Shown here: one piece after another, positions 1 to 9,505 of the stretch | How the letters are laid out: every line of letters starts with the position of its first letter | How positions within the stretch are numbered: the stretch's first letter is position 1 | DNA from: Parcubacteria group bacterium Greene0416_36 | Lineage (GTDB): Bacteria > Patescibacteriota > Patescibacteriia > VMEV01 | NCBI GenBank assembly: GCA_007375725.1 | Contig: VMEV01000001.1 | Location: 15,503 to 79,502 of the forward strand | Length of the DNA stretch: 64,000 nucleotides | Direction of reading: 5' to 3' | Notes under the pieces: generated by a model | The model's input: only the letters and a program-made list of their open reading frames with translations | What the model was told of the DNA's origin: nothing | Databases searched by the model: none | Position numbers and translations under genes: made by a program

Positions 1-918
1 AGGAAGTAAATTGATAATCGCCAAATTAATGGAAAGTAAAGCGGTGAAACCCAGAAGATACATCCAACCCATCTCGGTTACTTCACCCGTGATCACGGCA
101 ATGCCCACAGGTCCAGCCAAAGCCACCTCCACATCTCTTCCGCCAAAAAAATCATAGGCGATCGACCCCAAAGCACCGAGGATGGAAAGTGTCACGCCAG
201 CCGTCCTTTTCGCTCCTTCCCACAAAGAGACGGGGAATGGGTAGGAAACAATGGCGCTTCCAGAAAGAGCAACCCCAATGCCGCCTCGGCTTGTTTCCTG
301 CCGCGAGACCGGAACAATATTTTTCTCCATTTGAGTCTCTCCTCTTTGGAAATTGAACGACACCGAGGCATCTTTTTTCTGGTCCAAATAGTCCTGCATC
401 TGGAGAATATTGGTGATCTCTTGCTTGTCCATAGACACAATAATATCTCCCATTTTCACGCCAGCCGCTTGGGCCGGAGAGTCAGGCAATACTTCCACCA
501 CTTGGATCCGAGGGTTCTCTACCGTAGCAAAACGAGAAAAGGAGCTGGTCTCCGATGTGGCGACCGGCATTCCAAAGGAGTAGCCAATGGAAAATAGACA
601 AAATGCCGCGAAAAAATTCATCGCCACTCCGGCTAAAATAATCACCATTCTCTGCCAGATGGGCTTATGCGAAAAACTGTCTTCCTCCTCGGCAAACTCT
701 CCGCTCTCTCCCTTAATTTTCACATATCCTCCGAGCGGAATCAGATTGAGGCTGTAATCCGTACCCTTGTGATGACGAGACACAATTCGGGGAGGAAACC
801 CGATCGCAAACTCGTCCACCGCCACCCCAAAAAGTTTAGCCGCAGCAAAGTGTCCCAGTTCATGCACAAAGACAAGGAACCCCAAAACCAGTAAAAAAAT
901 AATAAGTGTTGTAAACAT
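1..918 (-). CDS. rseP: RIP (site-2) metalloprotease RseP, 3' end outside window
   Basis: Not in ORF track; read manually from ATG at 918: MFTTLIIFLLVLGFLVFVHELGHFAAAKLFGVAVDEFAIGFPPR (HExxH and FxIGF motifs); directly downstream of frr. Confidence 0.9.
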   Translation of the reverse strand, partial: MFTTLIIFLLVLGFLVFVHELGHFAAAKLFGVAVDEFAIGFPPRIVSRHHKGTDYSLNLIPLGGYVKIKGESGEFAEEEDSFSHKPIWQRMVIILAGVAMNFFAAFCLFSIGYSFGMPVATSETSSFSRFATVENPRIQVVEVLPDSPAQAAGVKMGDIIVSMDKQEITNILQMQDYLDQKKDASVSFNFQRGETQMEKNIVPVSRQETSRGGIGVALSGSAIVSYPFPVSLWEGAKRTAGVTLSILGALGSIAYDFFGGRDVEVALAGPVGIAVITGEVTEMGWMYLLGFTALLSINLAIINLLP

Positions 919-920
919 AA

Positions 921-1475
921 TTATATTTTCATAATCTCCGTTTCTTTTTCAACGGCCATTTGCTTGAGGCGCTCGTTGAATTGATGGATATAATCATCCA
1001 TTTCTTTGACGAATCGATATTTATCGTCTTCGGCAATTTCTTTATTCTTTTCAGCCTCCAGGATCGAGGCTTTCACCTCATCCCGGATCATGCGGGCTTT
1101 TACCTTGGATTCCTCGGTCTTATTCAAAATAATTTTAACCAAATCCTTGCGATTCTCTTGGGTCAGCGGAGGTAGGCTGATCAAAACGCCTTCCCCAATC
1201 GTATTGGGATTGACCCCGAGTTTTGCCTCCACGATTCCCCGTTCAATATCTTTGAGAATCGATTTGTCCCAAGGGGAAACCAGAAGGGTCTTAGCATCCG
1301 GAACCGTGATGGAAGCCAACTGTTTGATGGGAGTCCGCACGCCGTAGGCTTCCACGGAAACATTATCCAGCATGGCGGGATTCGCCACCCCAGATCGCAG
1401 AGCCCTCATCTCGCCCCGCAAAAAAGAGACAACATCTTCAAAATCCGATTTACGTAATTCAATGTAATCATTCAT
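921..1475 (-). CDS. frr: Ribosome recycling factor
   Basis: LRSGVANPAMLD..V.AYG, PPLTQENRKDLVK motifs; 184 aa. Confidence 0.97.
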   Translation of the reverse strand: MNDYIELRKSDFEDVVSFLRGEMRALRSGVANPAMLDNVSVEAYGVRTPIKQLASITVPDAKTLLVSPWDKSILKDIERGIVEAKLGVNPNTIGEGVLISLPPLTQENRKDLVKIILNKTEESKVKARMIRDEVKASILEAEKNKEIAEDDKYRFVKEMDDYIHQFNERLKQMAVEKETEIMKI

Positions 1476-1501
1476 AAAATTAGTATGTGGGCAGTAAAAA
1501 A

Positions 1502-2581
1502 TTAGAAACCAAATGTATTATTGCTTTTCCCGGCAGATATCGCCCCACCGGCTCCCAAATAGAGCGTATCCCCCAGCCTTGGGTCCGCGCGTAAAACTTT
1601 TACAGACTGCGAGGTGGGAAGGGACTTAATGCTCCATGTTTGGGCCCCGTCCACTGAAATATAAATCTTGCCGGGAGTCGTATAATAAATCACCTTCGGA
1701 TTTTTGGGATCCACGGCCAGCGAGAAAATCTCAATGCTTCCCGGAGGGGTCAATAACGCCAGAGCATCCCAATCTGCAGCGCCATTTGTGGATTTCAAAA
1801 TCCCGTATTTGCTGGCGTAATAGATAGTATCAGAACGGCTGGGATCCAAGAGCGCGTCTTTAAATATCAAACTATCGGTAAACCTCTCGGATAAAACGGA
1901 TCGAATCTCAATCCAATTAGCCCCGAAATCAATGCTTTTGAAGATCCCCTTGGACTGGGTAAAGACATAGATTTTTTTAGAATCCCGAGGATCAATCACT
2001 ATTTTCTCTATGCGATTTTCGGCTGATTTGATAATGGACCAGCTCACTCCGCCATTGGTGGAACGAATAAGCGCACCATCCGCTAGTCCCATATAGATAC
2101 GATTGGAATCCAAAAGATCCAGCTCCAAAGAGGTAATGGCAACACCTCGCGACTCCGCGTATATATTACTAAAATTTTTACCGCCATCGGTTGTTTTAAA
2201 CACCGAGTTTCCTCGAGCAATATACATTTCATCGGAATTTTTTGGACTGATAGCTATTAAGTTTAAAGCTCCTTCCCGAGGACCAAAGGCCTCCCATTTC
2301 TCTCCGGCATTGGAAGACTTGAACCCTCCTTTATTTCCAGTTCCCACAAAAAGAATATCCGGATTTTTCGGATCGAATTCCATATCGAGAATAGTAGTAT
2401 TTGCAATGGTGACGGGCTTATTTTTGACCGTATCGACAAAAATCCGAGGCTCCCAAGTGGAAGCCCGGTCCGTGGAGCGAAAAACACCGCCGTCCGTAAC
2501 CGTAACCGCACCGGGAAGCGTACATCCCGACAAAAAGACGAGGGGGGATAACAATAGAGAATATTTAAATAAAATTGGCAT
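1502..2581 (-). CDS. Lipoprotein with BNR/Asp-box beta-propeller repeats
   Basis: Lipobox LSGC; repeated S-x-D/N-G-G-x-x-W Asp-boxes. Confidence 0.8.
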   Translation of the reverse strand: MPILFKYSLLLSPLVFLSGCTLPGAVTVTDGGVFRSTDRASTWEPRIFVDTVKNKPVTIANTTILDMEFDPKNPDILFVGTGNKGGFKSSNAGEKWEAFGPREGALNLIAISPKNSDEMYIARGNSVFKTTDGGKNFSNIYAESRGVAITSLELDLLDSNRIYMGLADGALIRSTNGGVSWSIIKSAENRIEKIVIDPRDSKKIYVFTQSKGIFKSIDFGANWIEIRSVLSERFTDSLIFKDALLDPSRSDTIYYASKYGILKSTNGAADWDALALLTPPGSIEIFSLAVDPKNPKVIYYTTPGKIYISVDGAQTWSIKSLPTSQSVKVLRADPRLGDTLYLGAGGAISAGKSNNTFGF

Positions 2582-2600
2582 AATGACAGAGAGTTTTTCG

Positions 2601-3560
2601 TTATTTTAGCTTCAAAAATAAATTTTGCAATAATAATTTTGAATTGATATGTGATTCGATGCCTTTTTTTGCTTTGGTGATGGCATCGAGGATACCCGCT
2701 AACTCCGACTCCGAATAGCGCAAAGACAATTGCTTGTCAGGGAGATGATGATTAAAGCCATATTTCGCGCGGAGCAAAGAATACGCGATATAAAAAGAAT
2801 GTTCCAAAAAATTCCAAAGCCCTTCCCCAGAGCACTCATCCAGTCGCCCCAGCCTCTTGGCTCGAGTAGAAGTGAAAATGGACAAGGCCTGCTCGTACTC
2901 CTCTCGATACTTCTGTCTATAAGAAAGATTGGTATACAACCGATGGGCCAATGCCGGCTTTCCTCGCGATAAAGTAGCCAGGAGTGAAGCCTCATCCGAG
3001 AGAGCCCCCAGACTGCCTACAAATGAGGCAATCTCTGGCTCCGGCACTAGGGAAGATTTGAGCGATACACATCGAGAACGAAGCGTTGGGAGTAGAGACA
3101 TGGGCCGAGAAGTCACCAGAAAAAACACCGAATTCCCACGCGGCTCTTCCAAAACTTTTAAAATGGCATTCTGGCTATTGCGATTGAGAGCGTGGCAATT
3201 ATCGACAAGCACCGCCTTATAGGACCCCATCCATGGCTTTTGATTCAAAAAAGAACGCGTGGCTCGGACCTCTTCGATGACTATAATTCCGGTCTCCGGA
3301 TTCGGAGAGATCAGCATGAAATCAGGATGGGTTCCGGCACGAAAATGCCGGCAGCCTAGACAAGATCCACAGGCTTCTCCCTCTTTCCTCTCGGAACAAA
3401 AGAGCAAACCGATACATTCCAGAGCCAAGGTCTTTTTTCCGATATGCTCCGGACCGGACAAGAGGTAACTGGAAAAAAAACTACCCTCAGAAAAAGCGCG
3501 ATGGAGACCAAGCAAAACGGAGTCATGGCCGCAAATAGCATGTCCCACAAACGTTACCAT
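2601..3560 (-). CDS. holB: DNA polymerase III delta' subunit
   Basis: GPEHIGKKT, CGSCLGC zinc motif, HPD, NAILKVLEEP, TLRSRC. Confidence 0.93.
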   Translation of the reverse strand: MVTFVGHAICGHDSVLLGLHRAFSEGSFFSSYLLSGPEHIGKKTLALECIGLLFCSERKEGEACGSCLGCRHFRAGTHPDFMLISPNPETGIIVIEEVRATRSFLNQKPWMGSYKAVLVDNCHALNRNSQNAILKVLEEPRGNSVFFLVTSRPMSLLPTLRSRCVSLKSSLVPEPEIASFVGSLGALSDEASLLATLSRGKPALAHRLYTNLSYRQKYREEYEQALSIFTSTRAKRLGRLDECSGEGLWNFLEHSFYIAYSLLRAKYGFNHHLPDKQLSLRYSESELAGILDAITKAKKGIESHINSKLLLQNLFLKLK

Positions 3561-3563
3561 TAA

Positions 3564-4154
3564 TTATTCAATCGTGATTTTCGTGATAACGACTTCATTT
3601 TCAGCCAGGGGATGATCATTGGCATTCACTTTTACGCCTTCGATGCGGTCAATCACCTCCATGCCGGATACCACTTCTCCAAAAACCGTATGCTTGCCGT
3701 CCAGCCAAGGGGTGGACGGAGCGGATACGACAAAAAATTGGCTCCCATTGGTATTGGGGCCGTAGTTGGCCATGGCCACCATGCCGCGCACCATTTTGTG
3801 AGCATTGATTTCATCTGCGAAAGCATACCCCGGACCTCCGCGGCCATGAAGCGACCAGTCGGCTAGGCGAGAATTCGGGTCTCCGGTTTGGAGCATGAAC
3901 CCCTTGATGATTCGATGGAACTTAATCCCGTCATAAAATCCTTCCTTCGATAATTTCACAAAATTCTCCACAGTTTTGGGAGCATCCGAATCGAAAAAAC
4001 GGATTTTTAATGTGCCCATATTCGTCTCCACGCTCGCCAATGTGCGCTTTTGTTCCACTGGCGTCACCTCACTGCCAATATCCGTTGGTTTATTCATACA
4101 TCCCGCTCCTATTAAAAAGGGTAAAGAAAATAATAAAATGGCTATTTTTTTCAT
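3564..4154 (-). CDS. Cyclophilin-type peptidyl-prolyl isomerase (lipoprotein)
   Basis: FHRIIKGFMLQTGDP, AMANYGPNTNGSQFF, WLDGKHTVFG; GAGC lipobox. Confidence 0.95.
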   Translation of the reverse strand: MKKIAILLFSLPFLIGAGCMNKPTDIGSEVTPVEQKRTLASVETNMGTLKIRFFDSDAPKTVENFVKLSKEGFYDGIKFHRIIKGFMLQTGDPNSRLADWSLHGRGGPGYAFADEINAHKMVRGMVAMANYGPNTNGSQFFVVSAPSTPWLDGKHTVFGEVVSGMEVIDRIEGVKVNANDHPLAENEVVITKITIE

Positions 4155-4228
4155 ATGAATAGTAGTTTAATATCTTATTGATTTATATCACAATTCGATG
4201 TAATTTACCATTGACTCTAAAATAATAC

Positions 4229-4316
4229 GGTAGGGTGGCCGAGTGGTTGAAGGCGCCGGTCTCGAAAACCGGTATACCGAAAGGTATCATGAGTTCAAAT
4301 CTCATCCCTACCTCCA
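4229..4316 (+). tRNA. tRNA-Ser(CGA)
   Basis: Acceptor GGTAGGG/CCCTACC, anticodon stem CCGGT-CTCGAAA-ACCGG, long variable arm, T arm ATGAG-TTCAAAT-CTCAT, encoded CCA. Confidence 0.93.
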
Positions 4317-4362
4317 ACATAAATCGAACCGGCCGTGTCCCGCGTAAAGAAGTGAAGAGGGA

Positions 4363-4420
4363 TCTCGAAAACCGGTATGCCGAAAGGTATCGTGGGTTCG
4401 AATCCCACTCCCACCTCCCA
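4363..4420 (+). pseudogene. Second 3' half of a tRNA-Ser(CGA), from anticodon loop to 3' end
   Basis: TCTCGAAAACCGGTATGCCGAAAGGTATCGTGGGTTCGAATCCCACTCCCACCTCC aligns to 4260-4316; no D arm or 5' acceptor strand upstream. Confidence 0.8.
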
Positions 4421-4486
4421 GGTTTTGGGCCAAAGGCGCATTCTCCTTTGGCGAAAAATCTCATCCCTAGCTCCAAAATATAATAT

Positions 4487-4723
4487 ATGCACTCAAAAAT
4501 CGAAATCTTTGGCTGGTATGGCACAGTCGCTATTATCAGCGCCTATTTCGCCAATAGTTTTGGTTATCTTGATGCGGGATCTTTGATTTATCAATTGCTC
4601 AATTTGACAGGAGCTCTTGGGATCGTGGCTATTTCTCTATCCAAAAAAGTCTATCAGCCCATGGTGATCAATATCATTTGGGCCATCATTGCAGTATTTG
4701 CCCTCATCAAAATATTATTCTAA
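4487..4723 (+). CDS. Small 3-TM membrane protein (CBU_0592-like)
   Basis: GWYG...AY....G......YQLLNLTGA...IIW pattern. Confidence 0.75.
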   Translation: MHSKIEIFGWYGTVAIISAYFANSFGYLDAGSLIYQLLNLTGALGIVAISLSKKVYQPMVINIIWAIIAVFALIKILF

Positions 4724-4737
4724 TCCCTCCAATCCCA

Positions 4738-5382
4738 ATGTTCCACTTTTTTTCCAAAAAAAATCTCAAAAGAATAGGAATCATCACCTTCCTCTTTTTT
4801 TTCATTTCCTACCAATACGTCGAATGGGTGGCGGCGGGGAATACTTATGATAAAATCGAAAAAATGCCGAAAAATCACGCGGGACTGGTGTTTGGAACTT
4901 CGCAGTATGCCGTAACAGGAGGACTCAATGCTTATTTTTATTATCGAATAGAAGCGGCCGCTCTACTTTATAAACAAGGCAAAATCTCAAAAATCATTGT
5001 CTCCGGAGACAATAGGACTCTTCAATATAATGAGCCAAAGGCCATGAAAGAAGCGCTCCTAGAAAGAGGGATTCCGAAAGAGGCTATTGTCGAGGACTTC
5101 GCGGGTCTGCGCACGCTCGATTCCGTCATACGCGCCAAGGCAATTTTTGGACAAACGAGCATCACCTTGATTTCCCAAGAATTCCAAAATAAACGGGCGA
5201 TCGCCATTGCTGAGCATTATGGCATCGTCGCCTTAGGATTCAATGCTGCCGAGCCTCAAATCCCTTGGATTCGGGCAAAGGTATTTCTGCGTGAAATACT
5301 GGCAAGAACGGCCATGATGGTGGACCTCATCGCAGAGACCGATCCGAGGCATTTAGGGGAAAAAATAGATATAAACAACTAG
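4738..5382 (+). CDS. sanA: SanA/YdcF (DUF218) family protein
   Basis: VSGDN....YNEP, DFAGLRTLDS, REILAR; start taken at ATG 4738. Confidence 0.88.
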   Translation: MFHFFSKKNLKRIGIITFLFFFISYQYVEWVAAGNTYDKIEKMPKNHAGLVFGTSQYAVTGGLNAYFYYRIEAAALLYKQGKISKIIVSGDNRTLQYNEPKAMKEALLERGIPKEAIVEDFAGLRTLDSVIRAKAIFGQTSITLISQEFQNKRAIAIAEHYGIVALGFNAAEPQIPWIRAKVFLREILARTAMMVDLIAETDPRHLGEKIDINN

Positions 5383-5452
5383 GCTTTCCGCAGTTGCCCC
5401 TCAGGATAAAATAAAACAAAAAAAGATGGGTTATTGCCATCTTCACAATTCT

Positions 5453-5662
5453 TTATTTCGCAAGATCGTTTTTCACCAACTTGCGTGTCTCCTCACTCAA
5501 TAAATTATCAAGAAGAGTCTTAAAATCTTCCGGCGTCAACAGATTTTTCCACTTTTCCAAAGCTGCTTTTTTTTCTTTTTTGGTGCTTATTGCTTCTAAT
5601 TCCATAGCGACAAGCAAATTGAAGTTTCCGATCTTTTTTTCATTTCCTGCAGGCTGATCCAT
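5453..5662 (-). CDS. Small hypothetical protein
   Basis: 69-aa ORF with AGGAGA SD overlapping the tsaD stop. Confidence 0.55.
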   Translation of the reverse strand: MDQPAGNEKKIGNFNLLVAMELEAISTKKEKKAALEKWKNLLTPEDFKTLLDNLLSEETRKLVKNDLAK

Positions 5663-5672
5663 TTTTCATCTC

Positions 5673-6818
5673 CTATTTTTTAGGCTCAAAGGCTTCCCCA
5701 CATCCGGCCAACGACAATGTCGGCTTACGATCTAAGGAGTTTATATTAATAACATATTTTTTTCGCAAATACAAATAGTATCCGACAAACCCAATCATAG
5801 CCGCGTTATCCATGCAGAATTTTGGATCGCTGAATAGAATAGGAATTTCCGGATAATCCTTCATTCCGCGGCGCAATTTTCTGCGGAGTTCCAGATTCAC
5901 ACTCACTCCCCCGCCCACCGTGATCATTTTGGGTTTATGGGTTTTGAGTGTTTTCTCGAGCTTGATCCAGAGAATATCAAACACGGCTTCCTGAAGTGAC
6001 GCGCAATAATCGGGAACAATTTTTTTAAAATTCTCTTTGAGTTCGGCCTCCAGTTTTTGAATTTGATACAAACAAGAGGTCTTGAGACCGGAAAAACTAA
6101 AATTCAAATCATCTTTGGTTTTCATTGGTCTCGGCAAATCATAGGCCTTTCGATTGCCTGATTTGGCAAAATGCTCCACCACCGCTCCCCCAGGATAACC
6201 CAGACCCAATAAACGGGCAATTTTATCGAGAGCCTCACCCGCAGCATCATCGAGTGTTCGGCCAAGGATTGTATATTTACCAATATCATCGACCCAGACG
6301 ATTTCCGTGTGACCGCCGGATACGATCAACGACAAAAACGGATATTCCAACCCCGCGTTTTTTGTATAAAAATTCCCCTTTCGATTCTTGATCAATGCTG
6401 AAAAAATATGGCCTTCGATATGATTGACGGCGATAAGCGGCTTATTATATTCAATCGCCAATTCTTTTGCCTTCTTCACCCCAACTTGTAAGGCGGGGGC
6501 AAGGCCCGGGCCGTAGGTGACGGCGATGGCATCAATTAAATGTAGGGGCAGACCTGAGTGTCTGCCCTGCTCCTCACCCGACGATAGGGTCGGGCGCACA
6601 TGCAAGTGCGCCCCTACGAGACCGGATTTTCTAATGGCCAATTCAATGCACGGACCGATATTTTTTTCATGTTCCATCCGCGCCAAATTCGGCACGACGC
6701 CACCCCATTGTTTGTGGATTTCCACTTGAGACGAGACGACGCTCGAAAGCAGGCAGTCATCTTTTAAAATGGCTACCGAGGTGTCGTCGCAGGAAGTGTC
6801 GATGGCGAGGATATACAC
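5673..6818 (-). CDS. tsaD: tRNA N6-adenosine threonylcarbamoyltransferase TsaD, with an in-frame repeat insertion
   Basis: IDTSCDDT, HIEGH, SGGHT, DDAAGEA, DNAAMIG motifs. Confidence 0.96.
   Translation of the reverse strand: MYILAIDTSCDDTSVAILKDDCLLSSVVSSQVEIHKQWGGVVPNLARMEHEKNIGPCIELAIRKSGLVGAHLHVRPTLSSGEEQGRHSGLPLHLIDAIAVTYGPGLAPALQVGVKKAKELAIEYNKPLIAVNHIEGHIFSALIKNRKGNFYTKNAGLEYPFLSLIVSGGHTEIVWVDDIGKYTILGRTLDDAAGEALDKIARLLGLGYPGGAVVEHFAKSGNRKAYDLPRPMKTKDDLNFSFSGLKTSCLYQIQKLEAELKENFKKIVPDYCASLQEAVFDILWIKLEKTLKTHKPKMITVGGGVSVNLELRRKLRRGMKDYPEIPILFSDPKFCMDNAAMIGFVGYYLYLRKKYVININSLDRKPTLSLAGCGEAFEPKK
6542..6617. repeat. GTAG-type REP-like inverted doublet inside tsaD
   Basis: GTAGGGGCAGACCTGAGTGTCTGCCC ... 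GGGCGCACATGCAAGTGCGCCCCTAC. Confidence 0.85.
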
Positions 6819-6906
6819 AAATTAAGAATTAAGAATGAAAAATTAAGAATGAATAAAGAAACAAGAACATATATAATTCTTCATTCTTAATTTTTCATTC
6901 TTCATT
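6819..6906. repeat. Inverted arrays of ~7-bp tandem repeats (AAGAATT/AAGAATG)
   Basis: aattaagaattaagaatgaaaaattaagaatg ... attcttcattcttaatttttcattcttcatt. Confidence 0.75.
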
Positions 6907-8007
6907 GACTTTATATCTAATCCTCCTCTTCCCCTCCCCCACATGTTCCAAAAAGACATGGAGAATAAGGGATTCCTTCAAATACGGCTGAATCACATCC
7001 ATAATACGCTCGGCCCATTCGATGCACACGATATTAGGGGATTTTCCTCCAAAGGCGGATCCGCCTCCGGCGGAGAAAATCGCGGGCAAGTCGAGGATAG
7101 TAATTTCTTCAGGTTTTTCGAGGCGATAGGTGTCGAGATGTTGTAATTGAAAGGGCTTGCCTTCCCAAGAGGCCTCGTATTCATTGCACAAAATAAAGGT
7201 CGGAGATACGACTGACTCTTTTACTCCCAATCTCTTGGCCAAAAATTGAGTAAACGTAGTTTTGCCCGATCCTAATTGCCCATTAAGCAAAATCACAATC
7301 GACTTTTTACCTAGAAAAGGCTTGATTTCATTGAAAATGATTTCTGAGAATGCATTGGTTTGTTCAACACTCTCCGAAATAAAAGTTTGGGCGTCTTCGA
7401 AGAAACGATCGCCTTTTCGAAGTACCGCCAAGTGTTCTTGGGTCGTATCGATGACTGTGGAAGGAGCTCGAGGGGGTAATTCTCCCGCGTCCAGCACCAA
7501 ATCAATCAAATCTCGCTGTTTACCCGACAAATAATCAAAAATATCCGCCACCTTGTAAGGCGTTTTTTGTCCGGAAGAATTGGCCGAAGTTGCTGTAACC
7601 GGTTTTCCGAACACCCGGACAATTTCGGTGATCAGGGGATGGTCGGGAATGCGAATCCCCAAGGTTCCCTGTATTGACTGGACCCCAGGAGCTACTTTAT
7701 TTTTCCCCTTCGAAATCACCGTCACCGGCCCGGGCAAAAAATTATGGTAGATATTCCGTGCCGTCTCATTCATTTCCACATACTCCCCCGCCATTTTCTC
7801 GTCCACAACCGCAACTGAAAAAGGCTTGTCCTGCCGCTTGGTCTTATATTCGAGGAGTTTGGCCACCGCCTCCGGATTTGTCGCGTCCACCCCCGCCCCA
7901 TAGCAAGTCTCAGTCGGATAAATCAAAAGACCGCCGGAAGCCAATGTTTGGAGGGCGTGATTGATTATATTTTCTTGGGAAGTATTTTTTAAATCGAGAA
8001 TTTGCAT
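6895..8007 (-). CDS. tsaC: TsaC/Sua5 (threonylcarbamoyl-AMP synthase) fused to TsaE ATPase
   Basis: N-half PTETCYG, K.R, PGPVT, TATSAN, PSTVID; C-half GQLGSGKTTF, SPTF, HLDTYRL, IEWAE; true start ATG 8007. Confidence 0.92.
   Translation of the reverse strand: MQILDLKNTSQENIINHALQTLASGGLLIYPTETCYGAGVDATNPEAVAKLLEYKTKRQDKPFSVAVVDEKMAGEYVEMNETARNIYHNFLPGPVTVISKGKNKVAPGVQSIQGTLGIRIPDHPLITEIVRVFGKPVTATSANSSGQKTPYKVADIFDYLSGKQRDLIDLVLDAGELPPRAPSTVIDTTQEHLAVLRKGDRFFEDAQTFISESVEQTNAFSEIIFNEIKPFLGKKSIVILLNGQLGSGKTTFTQFLAKRLGVKESVVSPTFILCNEYEASWEGKPFQLQHLDTYRLEKPEEITILDLPAIFSAGGGSAFGGKSPNIVCIEWAERIMDVIQPYLKESLILHVFLEHVGEGKRRIRYKVNEE
7041..7080. repeat. GGCGGATCCGCC-core palindromic element in-frame in the TsaE domain
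   Basis: attttcctccaaaggcggatccgcctccggcggagaaaat, encoding FSAGGGSAFGGK; relatives at ~4429-4453 and 27870-27899. Confidence 0.75.
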
Positions 8008-8021
8008 ATCATATAGAATAC

Positions 8022-8109
8022 AGCAACAAATCCCCCTTAATCCCCCTTTGACAAGGGGGAAATAGCGCCCTCCTTTGTCAAAGGGAGGGTTGGGGAGGGA
8101 TTTGTTGCT
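8022..8109. repeat. ~87-bp double-hairpin element with CAACAAATCCC terminal inverted repeats
   Basis: agcaacaaatcccccttaatccccctttgacaaggggga...gggagggttggggagggatttgttgct; supplies the uvrC stop codon. Confidence 0.9.
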
Positions 8110-9400
8110 TATCCCTTCTTTTCCTATGAAACGTAATCGCAAATCGATGAGCTTCTTCTCTCATCCTTTCCACCAAAAGAGGGTCGTTTAAAAAAAATAA
8201 TGCCTGATCATTTTTAATCTCCTCCAATCCATACATATCCGTCTTTTTACGCGTGGGACCTTTGGCCACGGAGGCCACGGGGATCTTCTTCCCCGACCTT
8301 TCCACGGCCATCCGCGCCACGGCGAGCTGGGTTTTCCCGCCATCGATCAGGATCACGTCCGGCACGGACCAATCGTCATGTCGGAGACGCCGCTCCAGCA
8401 CTTCTTCGAGAGCCGCCAGATCATCAGATCCTGTCTCAGAACGTAAAATGAATTTCCGATATTCGTTTCGGTCCGGCTTTCCGTCGACGAAAACGACCAT
8501 GGATCCCACGGTATCGTGGCCTGATGTATGCGAAATATCGTAGGTTTCGATGCGGCACCGTTGGAGCGCACCTATGTGTGCGCCCTCATGACCATGACCA
8601 AGGCCCGAACCATCTCCGACAGGGCGGACACGCAGGTCCGCCCCTACGTCATCGGATGATCCCAACAATGCAATATCACGAATATGCCGCAGAGCAAATG
8701 CCTGATTGCGCAGAATCGCCGCGCGTTCAAAATCTTCGGATTTACCCGCCAGAACCATGTCTCTTTCCAATTTCTTGAGTAATTGTCCCTTTTTTCCTTC
8801 CAGCATCATCTGAATTCCCTTTATATTACGCAAATATTGGCTTCGGTCAATCGCCCCGTCATAGGGGCCGGGACACAGGCCAATCTGATAATCCAGACAT
8901 CCTTTCTCGCTTTTCTCAATCCGCTCATGAAAAGGAAAAATCTTTCGGATAATTTTGAGGGCAATGGTCATGTGTTTTCGTGAGGTATACGGACCGTACC
9001 TCCGCAAAATTTGTAAGGGCACAAAATTTTGTGCCCTTACAAATTGGGTCTCTCGCCAAATCAAAACTCGTGGAAATTTTTCCTTGGTAATCACAAAATA
9101 GCAGAAAGATTTATCGTCTTTACCGAGCGAATTATATTTCGGCTTATATTTCTTGATTAAATTCGCCTCGAGAATGAGGGCCTCGAGCACGGTTTCCGTC
9201 TCGACATAATCCACCTTGGCGCTCTGCCCCACCATATTGAAGATCCTCTCCCCCCTCGAGTCGTTCCCTGTGAAATACTGCCCCACCCGAGAACGCAGAT
9301 CCGTGGCTTTCCCAACATACAAAAGCCCGCCTGATTTATCTTTCCATAAATAGACGCCGGGGGTGTGGGGGAAGGTTTTGACACTCTCCATCAAATTCAT
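8078..9400 (-). CDS. uvrC: Excinuclease UvrC (no C-terminal HhH; two repeat insertions)
   Basis: GIY-YIG (PGVY..LYVGKA), UVR domain (FERAAILRN), RNaseH-like IETYDISH / LIDGGKTQ / REEAHRFA. Confidence 0.93.
   Translation of the reverse strand: MNLMESVKTFPHTPGVYLWKDKSGGLLYVGKATDLRSRVGQYFTGNDSRGERIFNMVGQSAKVDYVETETVLEALILEANLIKKYKPKYNSLGKDDKSFCYFVITKEKFPRVLIWRETQFVRAQNFVPLQILRRYGPYTSRKHMTIALKIIRKIFPFHERIEKSEKGCLDYQIGLCPGPYDGAIDRSQYLRNIKGIQMMLEGKKGQLLKKLERDMVLAGKSEDFERAAILRNQAFALRHIRDIALLGSSDDVGADLRVRPVGDGSGLGHGHEGAHIGALQRCRIETYDISHTSGHDTVGSMVVFVDGKPDRNEYRKFILRSETGSDDLAALEEVLERRLRHDDWSVPDVILIDGGKTQLAVARMAVERSGKKIPVASVAKGPTRKKTDMYGLEEIKNDQALFFLNDPLLVERMREEAHRFAITFHRKRRDKQQIPPQPSL
8560..8647. repeat. 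GTAG-type REP-like doublet inside uvrC
   Basis: gcgcacctatgtgtgcgccc ... gggcggacacgcaggtccgcccctac. Confidence 0.8.
9008..9045. repeat. 38-bp perfect palindrome (GTAAGGGC-type REP) inside uvrC
   Basis: aatttGTAAGGGCACAAAA|TTTTGTGCCCTTACaaatt, encoding FVRAQNFVPLQI. Confidence 0.85.
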
Positions 9401-9505
9401 AATATTCCTTATAGCTTTTAAAAGCTTACCCAAATCCACTAAAAAAACAAAAGCCAACAAGATACAATCCTATCGGCCTTTAAAATGAATTATTTATTTC
9501 TCCGC

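Noticed and set aside
4183-4524. ORFs overlapping the tRNA-Ser locus
   Set aside because: Translations of tRNA sequence
8008-8142. N-terminal extensions of tsaC (to 8142), GT4 (to 11363), murB (to 12495) and murG (to 15970) in the ORF track
   Set aside because: They are translations of intergenic repeats; family-typical starts lie downstream
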